Assembly (NCBI RefSeq): GCF_003945235.1
Contig: NZ_RSDW01000001.1
Coordinates: 3,630,001-3,662,000, forward strand
DNA: 32,000 nt
Origin: Edaphobacter aggregans
Lineage (GTDB): Bacteria > Acidobacteriota > Terriglobia > Terriglobales > Acidobacteriaceae
Direction of reading: 5' to 3'
A program made the translations under genes and the position numbers. The notes beneath the pieces are model-generated. The model saw nothing but the letters and a program-made list of their open reading frames with translations, ran no database searches and was not told the DNA's origin. Positions 7,294 to 18,168 of the stretch are shown here, in pieces (position 1 is the first letter of the stretch; the number at the start of each line of letters is the position of its first letter).

Positions 7294-7800
7294 CTATGTA
7301 TGGGCCACTGTCCGTCTTCGTCTGCGGATGGAGCCGAGGGTGGCGATGGCTCCGGTGGCGAGGAGCGTAAGTGTTCCGGGTTCGGGGGTGGGGGCAGCAG
7401 TGATCGTCAGGGAGAAGGGCGCGCCGGCGCTATCGGTGAGCGAGATTGGGCCTCCGGGGCCGAAGGAAGGAGTTGTTTCCGAGCCGCTGTAGAGTTGCGG
7501 GCCTGTGAGGTCGAGTGCTCCTCCGGGGATGTTGAGCAGGCTGACTCCACCACCTCTGGCACCGTTGAAGAATGTCAAGCCGGAGGTCACTCCAAAGAGA
7601 TCGTCGATGGTGATGTCAATGCCATTGAGCGTGAAACTGAACCCGGCGGCGGCGGAGGCGATGGGGGGGGTGGAATCCAGGGAGAACGTATAGGTACTGC
7701 CTGCTCCGCTGAGGTCGAACAGGAGGAGGGTGTCGGCTTTTGCGAGCGGAGAAATCAGGAGTGCGAAGGCGAGCACAAAGGCTTGATAGACGAAACGCAT
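7294..7800 (-). CDS. PEP-CTERM sorting-domain secreted protein
   Basis: Signal peptide (MRFVYQAFVLAFALLISPLAKA). C-terminal TPEPGTLTLLATGAIATLGSIRRRRR. ATG at 7800 is preferred over the TTG at 7815. Confidence 0.85.
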   Translation of the reverse strand: MRFVYQAFVLAFALLISPLAKADTLLLFDLSGAGSTYTFSLDSTPPIASAAAGFSFTLNGIDITIDDLFGVTSGLTFFNGARGGGVSLLNIPGGALDLTGPQLYSGSETTPSFGPGGPISLTDSAGAPFSLTITAAPTPEPGTLTLLATGAIATLGSIRRRRRTVAHT

Positions 7801-7960
7801 GGAACGTCCTTTCAAGTGCCAATTTTTTGTACTGGGGGCCTGAGTAGGAAGTATAGCAAAGGAATGATGAGGGTTGGGTTAAAAGCGAGGGAGTTTTTGC
7901 GGGAGTTTTGTTGCTTTGGCGGGGTGGGGCGGTATCTCTTGCAGGAGGTGGAGATGAAGG

Positions 7961-8066
7961 CTCTCGATCATGTCGCGATAAGACTGCGCCATGAATGGGC
8001 ACCCGATGTGTGGGTGGGGTTATGTACCCGGTACCCGGCTCTTCGTTAGATGTGGGTTATCCGCCC
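7961..8066 (+). repeat. structured repeat, degenerate copy lacking hairpin 1
   Basis: ctcgatcatgtcgcgataagactgcgccatgaatgggcacccgatgtgtgggtgg...gttagatgtgggttatccgccctgt contains the hairpin-2 and tail motifs. It ends 4 nt before the stop at 8070. Confidence 0.6.
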
Positions 8067-8069
8067 TGT

Positions 8070-8765
8070 CTATTTGACCGAATAGCCTCGCGCATCCATG
8101 CATGCTGAGAACGCCCGTTTAAAGGTACTCATCTGTTGGTCATACGCTGCCTTCTGGTTCTGGTACTGCTGCTGCACCTGCGCCCCTCCTTGTGCCGCTG
8201 CCTGTTCCTTGGTAGCCGCGTTGGCTTTGCGCTGCTGTCTCCCGCCGCGCACAGTTCCTACCCCCGCGCCTACGGCCGCACCTGTTCCTGCATTTCCAGA
8301 GATGCCGCCAATCACAGCGCCGCCTACTGCGCCACGAGCTGCACCCTTGGCTCGTCCGCCTTTTTGTTGCGGAGCAGAGTCAGCCGCCTGAGACTGGGCT
8401 GCCTGGATATCAGCAGAGGTCGGTGCCTGGGGAGGCGGCGTATCGGGGCTGACGCCTGTTTGCTGTTGAGCCAGGTTGTAGCAGTCCGACTCATCGATGA
8501 GCTGTTGATCGTGACTTTGGCCCTTTGCCGCAGCGACGAAAAGGCCCGCTTTATTTGCGGCTGAGAAGGAAGGCACGGGTCCTGTTGGTGCAGCGGGTGT
8601 TACCGGTTGAGTTGGAGCAGCCGGTTGAGCTGGGTTAGCGGCCGGTTGGGCAGTGGACGGGGTTTCAGATTTCTTGCAACCGACGAAAGAGAGAATCCAT
8701 GTTGCGATGCAGAGGAGGCCCACCAACTGAAAGCGCCTAACAATCGAAAGAGAAGGCAATGCCAT
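8070..8765 (-). CDS. lipoprotein with Pro/Ala/Gln-rich linker and glycine-zipper segment
   Basis: Start is taken at ATG 8765 (MALPSL...), with a lipobox-like SFVGC. A Gly-zipper is present (GAARGAVGGAVIGGISGNAGTGAAVGAGVG). The track ORF extends to 8849. Confidence 0.7.
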   Translation of the reverse strand: MALPSLSIVRRFQLVGLLCIATWILSFVGCKKSETPSTAQPAANPAQPAAPTQPVTPAAPTGPVPSFSAANKAGLFVAAAKGQSHDQQLIDESDCYNLAQQQTGVSPDTPPPQAPTSADIQAAQSQAADSAPQQKGGRAKGAARGAVGGAVIGGISGNAGTGAAVGAGVGTVRGGRQQRKANAATKEQAAAQGGAQVQQQYQNQKAAYDQQMSTFKRAFSACMDARGYSVK

Positions 8766-9142
8766 GTCAATCTCCTTTGGGTATTGAATCCCTCGATGCT
8801 CGGGGTCATGATGTGAGCGGGTCACTTGCGCTGCGCCTACGGGCGACAATTGTATTCCTTATCGGCCTGGGGAATCGCTCTGGGCGATGGTCTGTATGCG
8901 GAATTCTGCGAGCGCTTTGCCAGGCCTGTCTGGAGATGGCCACCTATCAATAGTTACATTTCTTGCATCATGTGCTCCGGTGATGGTGAAGGCGGGAGCA
9001 GGTTGGTGAGGATGAGGAGGGTGGGGACTTTCTGGTCGAGGTTGCGCAGCTTCGAGGGAGCGTTCTGAGAAAATGCCTCGAGCTTGGCGGGATTTCGTGT
9101 GAAAGGGCGAGGCTTGTTGGGCGTGGCTACTTTATGGGAAAG

Positions 9143-9232
9143 GGTTCGCGCTTTCGCGCGAATGCCCACATCTCAGAATCGAGATGTGGGGCACCCAGTT
9201 AGTAGAGAGCGTCAGATGTGGGCCACCCGCCC
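9143..9232 (+). repeat. structured intergenic repeat, copy A3
   Basis: Same layout as A1 and A2. Hairpin 2 is CCCACATCT/AGATGTGGG, a compensatory T>C plus A>G change relative to A1. It ends 8 nt before the stop at 9240. Confidence 0.85.
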
Positions 9233-9239
9233 CACCGTC

Positions 9240-10025
9240 CTACCGCTGCGGTGACACGGGCGGAATTGCCCGAATCCCATTACAAATCCCGCCTTCCGGC
9301 ACCGGTCTCAGCCCTTCCACCTTGCTAATCACCTTGCTGAACGCAGTCGGAATCGAAAGATTCGTTCCATTCGTGTAGTAGGTCGTATCCGGAATTATCG
9401 GAGTCGGCGTAGGCGCATCGTTCGTCGTATAGCTGTAAACCTCTGTCCGAAACGCCCGCTCAATCACCTCCACGCTCCCTGTAAAACTCACCGCGTGATC
9501 AAACAGAACATCGACATCCGTCAGCCCCGGCCGCACATCGGTAAATCCCTCCTCCTTCAGCCAAGCCATCACCTTGTTCATGTCATCCATGTTGGGAGCT
9601 AGCGTGTGTAGCCATCCACTGCCCGGTTGCTGTCTCCTTTGGCACGCGTCATTCAACTGCTCCGCGGGAATCTCAAACCGAATCCACATCTTCACCACGT
9701 GCGCGCCATCCGCATGCCTCAGCTCACTCGTCCCCAGATGCGCCAGCACCTCAGCCACCGGAACATGCGTCGGATCAACCGGCTTTCCGTGCACCATCTG
9801 CACCGTCTTCAACATCGGAGGCGTAGTCGGAACCGGCGGCGGGTGATTCGGGTCATAGTGCACCGGCCTGTAAACCATCCCCGCCGAATCAGGCAGCTCC
9901 ACCCGCGACCCGTCTGACACTGCATCTGTAACTACTGCTGCTATCTGCCCCCACGCAACTCCGCCACCCACTAGAGACAAAATAAAGCTGCACAACACGC
10001 CACGTACCCTAGACAGACTCGCCAT
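9240..10025 (-). CDS. secreted protein containing only a sedolisin (S53) pro-enzyme activation-like domain
   Basis: Signal peptide from ATG 10025 (MASLSRVRGVLCSFILSLVGGGVAWG). The segment MDDMNKVMAWLKEEGFTDVRPG...VSFTGSVEVIERAFRTEVYSY...KVEGL resembles the pro-kumamolisin activation domain. No catalytic domain follows. Confidence 0.55.
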   Translation of the reverse strand: MASLSRVRGVLCSFILSLVGGGVAWGQIAAVVTDAVSDGSRVELPDSAGMVYRPVHYDPNHPPPVPTTPPMLKTVQMVHGKPVDPTHVPVAEVLAHLGTSELRHADGAHVVKMWIRFEIPAEQLNDACQRRQQPGSGWLHTLAPNMDDMNKVMAWLKEEGFTDVRPGLTDVDVLFDHAVSFTGSVEVIERAFRTEVYSYTTNDAPTPTPIIPDTTYYTNGTNLSIPTAFSKVISKVEGLRPVPEGGICNGIRAIPPVSPQR

Positions 10026-10102
10026 TATGTGTCCCCGGAAACCGCTCGAAACAATCGTCTTACAGCCGATCACCGAGTATATACGTGGCCCCTAGCATTT
10101 TG

Positions 10103-12103
<2,001 letters not shown>

Positions 12104-12220
12104 GTCTTGAGTGTAGATGGAGGCGGCCGTTTTTGTGTTCACGTAGAGGTGGGACTTTTGTGGGAGGGATTTAAGGATTGTCCGGGATAGGGATGGATGG
12201 GAATGCGGGAGGTAAGAATT

Positions 12221-12314
12221 GTTCGCGCTTTCGTGGGACTGCCCCACTCATGCGATGAGGCCGCATGGATACGGCACCCGAGGTATCGGTAGGTTTTCAT
12301 GTATCGGCCACCCG
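12221..12314 (+). repeat. structured intergenic repeat, copy B2
   Basis: gttcgcgctttcgtgggactgccccactcatgcgatgaggccgcatggatacggcacccgaggtatcggtaggttttcatgtatcggccaccc. It ends 4 nt before the stop at 12319. Confidence 0.8.
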
Positions 12315-12318
12315 CACA

Positions 12319-13101
12319 TTAAGCGAAGAACCTGCGTCTGACAGCCACTGCTATCCCAAGCATGCCGGTTCCGAACATGAGCAGAATGTTTGGTTCAGGA
12401 GCTGGTAGAGGAGATACTGCAGTCGCGGCACAGCCCAACCCACCGAAGTTGCAGTACAGCACGCCGTTGTTATTGGTCGTCGTCGAACTGATATTGACTT
12501 GGACATTAGTATCGGCAATCACGAAGACATATCCCGCGCCGATAGTTTGATAAGCGATGAACTCCTGTCCGAGGTCAATGACCGGGTTTCCGAAGACGAG
12601 GGCTGTACCTCCAGTCAGGGAGGACGTATCGGCGTAGTTCACATCGGCCACGCCTGTTGTGAACGGATTGACCACGATATCCGATGTGTCGTAGTAACCA
12701 GGGTTGGAAGATGTGCTCTGGTTGACGATCGAGCTTCCGAGGGACATGAGAACAGTGTTGACGGCGGCGATGCCAAGGTCGTCCTGCGGACCGTAGTCGG
12801 AGTTGAGTAGTAGACGTCCACCACCATTGACATAAGCGTCAACCAAGGAGATCTGACCTGCTGAAAGACCCACAGGCCCAGGAAGGATCACGAAATTCGC
12901 ACCGGATAGGGACGTGAAGCTTGAGGTGAGCTGAGTGACCGTGTAGCCCTGATCGGCGAAAAAGGTATTGAGGGGTGAGGCAAACGCAATGGGCTCGTAT
13001 ATATCTATCGTCGTGGCGGCCGCGGGCTTTGAGGTCAAAGCAGCCACAACCAAGGCAATAACAGAGAGGGTGCTGATTGTGTTCGTGTGCCTTCGACTCA
13101 T
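12319..13101 (-). CDS. PEP-CTERM sorting-domain secreted protein
   Basis: Signal peptide. C-terminal PAPEPNILLMFGTGMLGIAVAVRRRFFA*. GAGGAG RBS. Confidence 0.85.
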   Translation of the reverse strand: MSRRHTNTISTLSVIALVVAALTSKPAAATTIDIYEPIAFASPLNTFFADQGYTVTQLTSSFTSLSGANFVILPGPVGLSAGQISLVDAYVNGGGRLLLNSDYGPQDDLGIAAVNTVLMSLGSSIVNQSTSSNPGYYDTSDIVVNPFTTGVADVNYADTSSLTGGTALVFGNPVIDLGQEFIAYQTIGAGYVFVIADTNVQVNISSTTTNNNGVLYCNFGGLGCAATAVSPLPAPEPNILLMFGTGMLGIAVAVRRRFFA

Positions 13102-13175
13102 GGTTAGTACTCCTCTCTTTGAGAGATTTTTTGGTTAGGCACCAAATTGCCCTAAGGAACTAGAACTCGCAGTTT

Positions 13176-13610
13176 TCATGAAGCTTCCACTAAGCTACTG
13201 GCCTGGGTTGGGAGGTGCACGTCCTGAGGCAAGTCGGTCCCATGAGTTAACTGATCCATGAGGCCGCCCATGTTCATTTGCAGCCAGTGCTCCGCGATGC
13301 GCCCGTCGCGTAGACGGTAAAAAATCATCAGGTCAGCCGATACAGTCTTGCGAGTAGGCTCGATGCCCGCGAATGCACCCCGGTGAACTCCGCGGAATGT
13401 GCCTCGCATCGCTACCAAGTTCTCTTCCGCGATGAGTTGGTGCGCGATGAGTTCATAAGCTGGAAAAGCGGCTTCTACGTTGCGAATATGTTCCACAAGG
13501 ATCGGGTCGCTGACAAACTGGGCGATAAGTTCGTCTGTCTTTGGCTGACCGCTGAGTGCGTGAAGATAATCTTCAATGAACTGTGTGCTTTGGGTTGTTG
13601 AGCTCGTCAT
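13176..13610 (-). CDS. SnoaL-like / predicted ester cyclase family protein
   Basis: AFPAYELIAHQLIAEENLVAMRGTFRGVHRGAFAGIEPTRKTVSADLMIFYRLRDGRIAEHW matches the ester-cyclase (SnoaL-like) pattern. ATG 13610 has GGAGGA upstream. The track start at 13622 is a GTG inside that RBS. Confidence 0.7.
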   Translation of the reverse strand: MTSSTTQSTQFIEDYLHALSGQPKTDELIAQFVSDPILVEHIRNVEAAFPAYELIAHQLIAEENLVAMRGTFRGVHRGAFAGIEPTRKTVSADLMIFYRLRDGRIAEHWLQMNMGGLMDQLTHGTDLPQDVHLPTQASSLVEAS

Positions 13611-13716
13611 AGCATCCTCCACGTATTCGGAATCGGTTTATCGAATCGTGTGGGGATCATAACCTCAGATACAGATCAAACGCTCATGCGGAAAATGCTA
13701 GAAAAATCAAAGTAAA

Positions 13717-15027
13717 ATGAAAAACATGGAAGACGGCGCCTACCGGTTCGGTGAGTTTTCGCTCTTCCCATCCGAACGCCAGCTTTGTCAAAACGCACTG
13801 AGCATACCCCTGCCTGCGAAGGCTTTCGATGCCATGCATTTGTTGGTGCGCAATCACGGGGGGCTGGTTCTGCGAGAAGAGCTCATTCAAGCGCTCTGGC
13901 CCGATATACACGTAACCGAAGCCAATCTCACCAATATCATCGTGCTGCTGCGGAAGATCCTGGGCCGGGACGCAATCCAGACAGTCTCAAAATATGGATA
14001 TCGATTTACTCTTCCGGTTCTCGGAGAACCAGGGGTAAGGCAAGCCACCTACGCAAACTTCGTTCGCGGAAAAGAACTCGCGGCAGAGCGATCGCCGGAA
14101 TCAATCTTCCAGGCTCGCGATCTGTTCTGGTTGTGTCTCGCAAACGATCCGAATTTCGCGCCGGCCTGGGCATGGCTTGGACGCTGCTGCCGCATGTCGG
14201 AAAAGTTCAAGGCCGGCCCATCGATAAATCTCGATATTGCCGAGACAGCTTTTCGTCGAGCTCTCGCGATCGATCCGAATCTAGCCTGCGCCCACCATTT
14301 CTACACGCAATTGCAAGCTGACTTAGGGCAGGCTTTGCAGGCGATGACGCGCCTGGCCGCGCGCCTGAAGCAGCATGGAGAAGAACCCGAGACCTTTGCG
14401 GGCTTGGTTCAAGTCCTGCGCTTTTGTGGACTCTTAGAGGAGTCCGTCGCCTCGCATGAACGGGCAATCGCTCTTGACCCGACAATCAGCACAAGCGTCG
14501 CCCACACCTATTTTCTGCAAGGAGAGTACGAGAGGGTTTTCGAGACCTACTTTGGCAAACGCTACTATCTGGACGCTGCTGCGTGGGCGGCCATGGGGGA
14601 CACCGACCATGCCATAGCGGTTCTCCACGAGAGGCTAACCCATCCCGAGCTGTCGCCTCTCATGTTCGGACTGATGGCCTCCCTCTTGGCGGTTCTGGAG
14701 GGGAAGAGTGAGGAGGCGATCGCGATCATAACGCAAACGGAGGTCCTTCACGAACCCGAGTTGCTGTTTTACTTAGCTCGTCACTTAGCCATGCTGAACC
14801 TTGCCCCTGCTGCCGTTGAGATGCTGCAACGCGCGCGTCGAGCAGGTTTCTCATCATTCCGCGCTCTAGAGCAGGACGCCGCCTTCGCCGAAGTGCGAAA
14901 CCAACCCGGGTTTGATGATGAACGGGAAGAGGCAAAGAATCGTGAGGCCCATGCGAGTCAGACTCTCCATGAGACTCTCGGCTGCGACTTCCTCTCTCAT
15001 GGCGGGTGGCCCAGGCCTAAAAATTGA
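13717..15027 (+). CDS. winged-helix (OmpR/PhoB-type DNA-binding domain) transcriptional regulator with C-terminal TPR-like domain
   Basis: N-terminal YRFGEFSLFPSERQL...LPAKAFDAMHLLVRNHGGLVLREELIQALWPD...VSKYGYRF is a Trans_reg_C wHTH. The helical repeat region that follows gives a CadC-like layout without a receiver domain. Confidence 0.8.
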   Translation: MKNMEDGAYRFGEFSLFPSERQLCQNALSIPLPAKAFDAMHLLVRNHGGLVLREELIQALWPDIHVTEANLTNIIVLLRKILGRDAIQTVSKYGYRFTLPVLGEPGVRQATYANFVRGKELAAERSPESIFQARDLFWLCLANDPNFAPAWAWLGRCCRMSEKFKAGPSINLDIAETAFRRALAIDPNLACAHHFYTQLQADLGQALQAMTRLAARLKQHGEEPETFAGLVQVLRFCGLLEESVASHERAIALDPTISTSVAHTYFLQGEYERVFETYFGKRYYLDAAAWAAMGDTDHAIAVLHERLTHPELSPLMFGLMASLLAVLEGKSEEAIAIITQTEVLHEPELLFYLARHLAMLNLAPAAVEMLQRARRAGFSSFRALEQDAAFAEVRNQPGFDDEREEAKNREAHASQTLHETLGCDFLSHGGWPRPKN

Positions 15028-15173
15028 GGCTATTGCGTAAAAGTGAACCAAAGTGGACCTTCGAGCATGGCTCGAACTGGAAGGCCTTCAACCAGAACGT
15101 CGGCGACGATAGTACAGTCGGGATCTGGCGTGAAACTTATCACTAACCATTCATGGCGTTGTAGGGTGGGGAG

Positions 15174-16967
15174 ATGAAGGAATTTCGGAGACTTACGATT
15201 GCGGTGCCGGCGGTGGTGCTGGTGGTGTGTCTGGTGGCGATTTATCTGACACAGGGCTCGATGGCGAATCTGCCGTTTTTGCGCGGGACGGGCCGGACGG
15301 GGACACGGGGTTCGGTGGATGGGCTGGTGGATCAGCGGCCGTGGCAGACGATTGAGGCGCTGGCTCCGCTGGCGACTTCGGCGGAGGAGAAGCGGCTGGC
15401 GCGGGATGCGGAGCGGCTGGCCGATCATGAGGTGGATCAGGCGTTTGCGCAGGCGCTGCGGCAGGCGTCGGTGGGAACGCACAACCTGACAGGCGAGGCG
15501 CTGGCGCTGCAGCAGAAGGTCGCGATGTTGCAGGGGATGGTCAAGAGCGATCAGGCGAAGGTGGACAGCCTGACGGCGGCGGCGAAGGGAGTGAATCCGC
15601 CGGGGACCGATGATCTGGATATTGCGAAGGCTCAGTTGCAGTTGGACAACGACGAGTTGGCGGATGCGAACGAAGATCTGGCGCGGGCGAGTGGGGACAA
15701 TCGGGGGCAGATTCAGCAGGAGCTGACGGCGCGCGAGGCCACGATGAAGAAGTTCGATGAGCAGGCGGATAATGGCGCGCCGACGGCGATTCAGTCTGCG
15801 AAGCGGCACGGGACGCTGGCGGGGAGGGTGTCGGCGTGGTTCGATCAGCGGACCCGGATTGGGTTAATTGAGCAGGCTCAGGCGGAGGCCGATGCGGATG
15901 TCGCGGCGTTGACGGCGCAGCATGGAGAGACCGAGAAGCAACTGAGTGCTGCGGGAAGTGCTAATCAGGCGCAGGGGGATGGGCAGGGTCGCGTGGCGAG
16001 GCTGGCGCAGATGCATACGCTGGCGCAGATCCACGGGATTCTGGATGACCGGATTGCGACGCAGAAGCAGCTTTCGGCGGTATATGGGAGATGGCTGGAT
16101 CAGGTGAAATTACAGCACAAGATTGTGGTGCACCTGATGCTGCAGTCGGTGGCCTGGATTGCGTTTCTGGGGTTGTGCGGAGCGCTGGTGGCGGCGGGAG
16201 CGAACAAGCTGCTGGATCGTCTGACGATCGACCGGCGTAGTTTGCATACGCTGCGGACGGTGACGAACCTCGGGATCCAACTGCTGATGCTGCTGCTGAT
16301 CCTGCTGGTGATCTTTGGAGCGCCGAGTCAGATACCGACGATTCTGGGGCTGATGACGGCTGGGTTGACGGTGGTGTTTCAGGACTTCATTCTGGCGTTC
16401 TTTGGATGGTTTGTGCTGATGGGGAAGAACGGCATCCGCGTGGGTGACTGGGTGGAGATCAATGGCGTGGGCGGCGAGGTGGTCGAGGTTGGGCTTTTCC
16501 GGACGTCGCTGCTGGAGACGGGCAACTGGACGGATAAGGGGCATCCTACGGGGCGGAGGGTTACGTTTATTAATAACTTTGCGGTCACGGGACAGTACTT
16601 TAATTTCACGACCTCTGGGCAGTGGATGTGGGATGAGATCAGCGTGAATATTCCGTCGGGGCCGGATACGTATCGGACGATTGAAGCGATTCATACGGCG
16701 GTGGAGAAAGAGACGGCGAACGATACGAAGCAGGCCGAGGAGGAGTGGAAGAAGGCCGCGAAGCAGAATGTGCTGAGTAGCTTTACGGCGAAGCCTTCGG
16801 TGGATATGCGTCCTTCAGCGGCTGGAGTTGATGTTCTGGTGCGGTATGTGACGCATGCGTCGGAACGATTTGAGATGCGGAATCGGATTTATCAGTCGGT
16901 GATTAATTTGCTTCATGGGCCGGAGGCGGAGGGCGGAGCTACGGTGTCTGATGGAGTGAAGAGCTGA
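15174..16967 (+). CDS. mechanosensitive ion channel (MscS) family protein with long N-terminal coiled-coil region
   Basis: Transmembrane helices are followed by the MscS core (GIRVGDWVEINGVGGEVVEVGLFRTSLLETGNW...GRRVTFINN). Confidence 0.85.
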   Translation: MKEFRRLTIAVPAVVLVVCLVAIYLTQGSMANLPFLRGTGRTGTRGSVDGLVDQRPWQTIEALAPLATSAEEKRLARDAERLADHEVDQAFAQALRQASVGTHNLTGEALALQQKVAMLQGMVKSDQAKVDSLTAAAKGVNPPGTDDLDIAKAQLQLDNDELADANEDLARASGDNRGQIQQELTAREATMKKFDEQADNGAPTAIQSAKRHGTLAGRVSAWFDQRTRIGLIEQAQAEADADVAALTAQHGETEKQLSAAGSANQAQGDGQGRVARLAQMHTLAQIHGILDDRIATQKQLSAVYGRWLDQVKLQHKIVVHLMLQSVAWIAFLGLCGALVAAGANKLLDRLTIDRRSLHTLRTVTNLGIQLLMLLLILLVIFGAPSQIPTILGLMTAGLTVVFQDFILAFFGWFVLMGKNGIRVGDWVEINGVGGEVVEVGLFRTSLLETGNWTDKGHPTGRRVTFINNFAVTGQYFNFTTSGQWMWDEISVNIPSGPDTYRTIEAIHTAVEKETANDTKQAEEEWKKAAKQNVLSSFTAKPSVDMRPSAAGVDVLVRYVTHASERFEMRNRIYQSVINLLHGPEAEGGATVSDGVKS

Positions 16968-17000
16968 GACGAGGATTTCGATCGGGAGTAAGCTCGATCT

Positions 17001-18074
17001 ATGAAGATCCTCGTTCGCGCTGGAGTCCTTCTTGGGGGTGCTTGTCTTTCCGGCGTTCTCTATGCGCAGAGTGCGCCTTCGGCATCGCTGCTGGTTTTGT
17101 CCAAGCAGGATCACACGCTCGCGATTGTTGACCCGTCTAGTCTTCAGGTTGTCGCCAAGGCGCCGGTGGGGAACGATCCGCATGAGGTGATTGCTTCGAC
17201 GGATGGGACTACTGCGTACGTTTCGAACTATGGGGGCGGCGCTTACAACACACTCGCTGTTATTGATCTGGTCGCGCATAAGGCGCTTCCGTCTATTGAT
17301 CTGGGGCCTCTTCGCGGTCCGCATGGCCTTACGTTTGTTGGAGGGAAGACTTGGTTCACCGCGGAGGGGGCGAAGGCGATTGGACGTTATGACCCGGGTG
17401 CGAAGAAGGTCGATTGGATTCTTGGGACCGGCCAGAATCGCACTCACATGATTTATGTCTCGGACGACGAGAAGAAGATTGTAACTACGAATGTCAGCTC
17501 CGGGACGGTGAGCATCCTTGAGCAGGTGGCAGTGCAGATGCGTCCGCCGCCGCAGCGGCCCGGGATGCCTATGCCGCCGGGCGGGGCGGGGCCTTCTGGG
17601 CCTCCTTCTGGGCCAGCGCGCGTGGATTGGAATCAGACGGTTGTTCGTGTTGGCGATGGTTCGGAGGGGTTTGACGTTTCGCCGGATGGTAAAGAAATTT
17701 GGGTTGCGAATGCGCAGGACGGCACGATCTCGATTATCGACTTCGCTGGCAAGAAGGTCATCCAGACGCTTGCTGCTGATGTGCCTGGAGCTAATCGGCT
17801 TAGGTTCACGCCGGATGGTAAGCATGTTTTGGTTTCTATGCTGAGTGGGCCGGATCTGGTTGTTCTGGACGCCAGTGCACGCAAGGAGATCAAACGGGTT
17901 CCTATCGGCCATGGAGCAGCGGGTATTGAGATGCAGCCCGATGGTTCGCGTGCGTTTGTTGCATGTACGCCGGACGATTATGTCGCGGTGATCGATCTTC
18001 AGTCGCTCGCGGTTGTGAGTCACATTCAGGCCGGTGGCCAGCCTGATGGCATGGCTTGGGCTGTTCGTCGATGA
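17001..18074 (+). CDS. YVTN/YncE-like beta-propeller repeat protein, secreted
   Basis: Signal peptide. Repeated ...PDG..(a/l)yV(a/s)n...g.vsviD blades (FDVSPDGKEIWVANAQDGTISIIDF, GIEMQPDGSRAFVACTPDDYVAVIDL). Confidence 0.75.
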   Translation: MKILVRAGVLLGGACLSGVLYAQSAPSASLLVLSKQDHTLAIVDPSSLQVVAKAPVGNDPHEVIASTDGTTAYVSNYGGGAYNTLAVIDLVAHKALPSIDLGPLRGPHGLTFVGGKTWFTAEGAKAIGRYDPGAKKVDWILGTGQNRTHMIYVSDDEKKIVTTNVSSGTVSILEQVAVQMRPPPQRPGMPMPPGGAGPSGPPSGPARVDWNQTVVRVGDGSEGFDVSPDGKEIWVANAQDGTISIIDFAGKKVIQTLAADVPGANRLRFTPDGKHVLVSMLSGPDLVVLDASARKEIKRVPIGHGAAGIEMQPDGSRAFVACTPDDYVAVIDLQSLAVVSHIQAGGQPDGMAWAVRR

Positions 18075-18168
18075 GCTGCGGGTTTCACTAAATTCTTTAG
18101 GGTCTTCATGGAGTGGGGGACGACCGTGGGCAGGTGAAATGGTAGGTTAGGTTTCAGACGGGGTGTTG

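Noticed and set aside
8954-9169. 71-aa minus ORF between the lipoprotein and pro-domain genes (and the + ORF 8826-9068)
   Set aside because: Its start lies inside repeat A3. The middle part (PSKLRNLDQKVPTLLILTNLLP) has a coding-like C-ending codon bias, so it may be a gene fragment. I cannot assign a family or a start, and the + ORF looks like noise.
12104-12247. 48-codon N-terminal extension of glmS in the ORF track
   Set aside because: GlmS must begin with Met-Cys (catalytic Cys after Met removal), and MCGIVGY starts at 12103. The extension runs into repeat B2.
12104-12318. Possible glmS ribozyme or other cis-regulatory RNA upstream of glmS
   Set aside because: I do not recognise the conserved glmS ribozyme core. 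The only obvious structure there is repeat copy B2. A Rfam scan would be needed for certainty.
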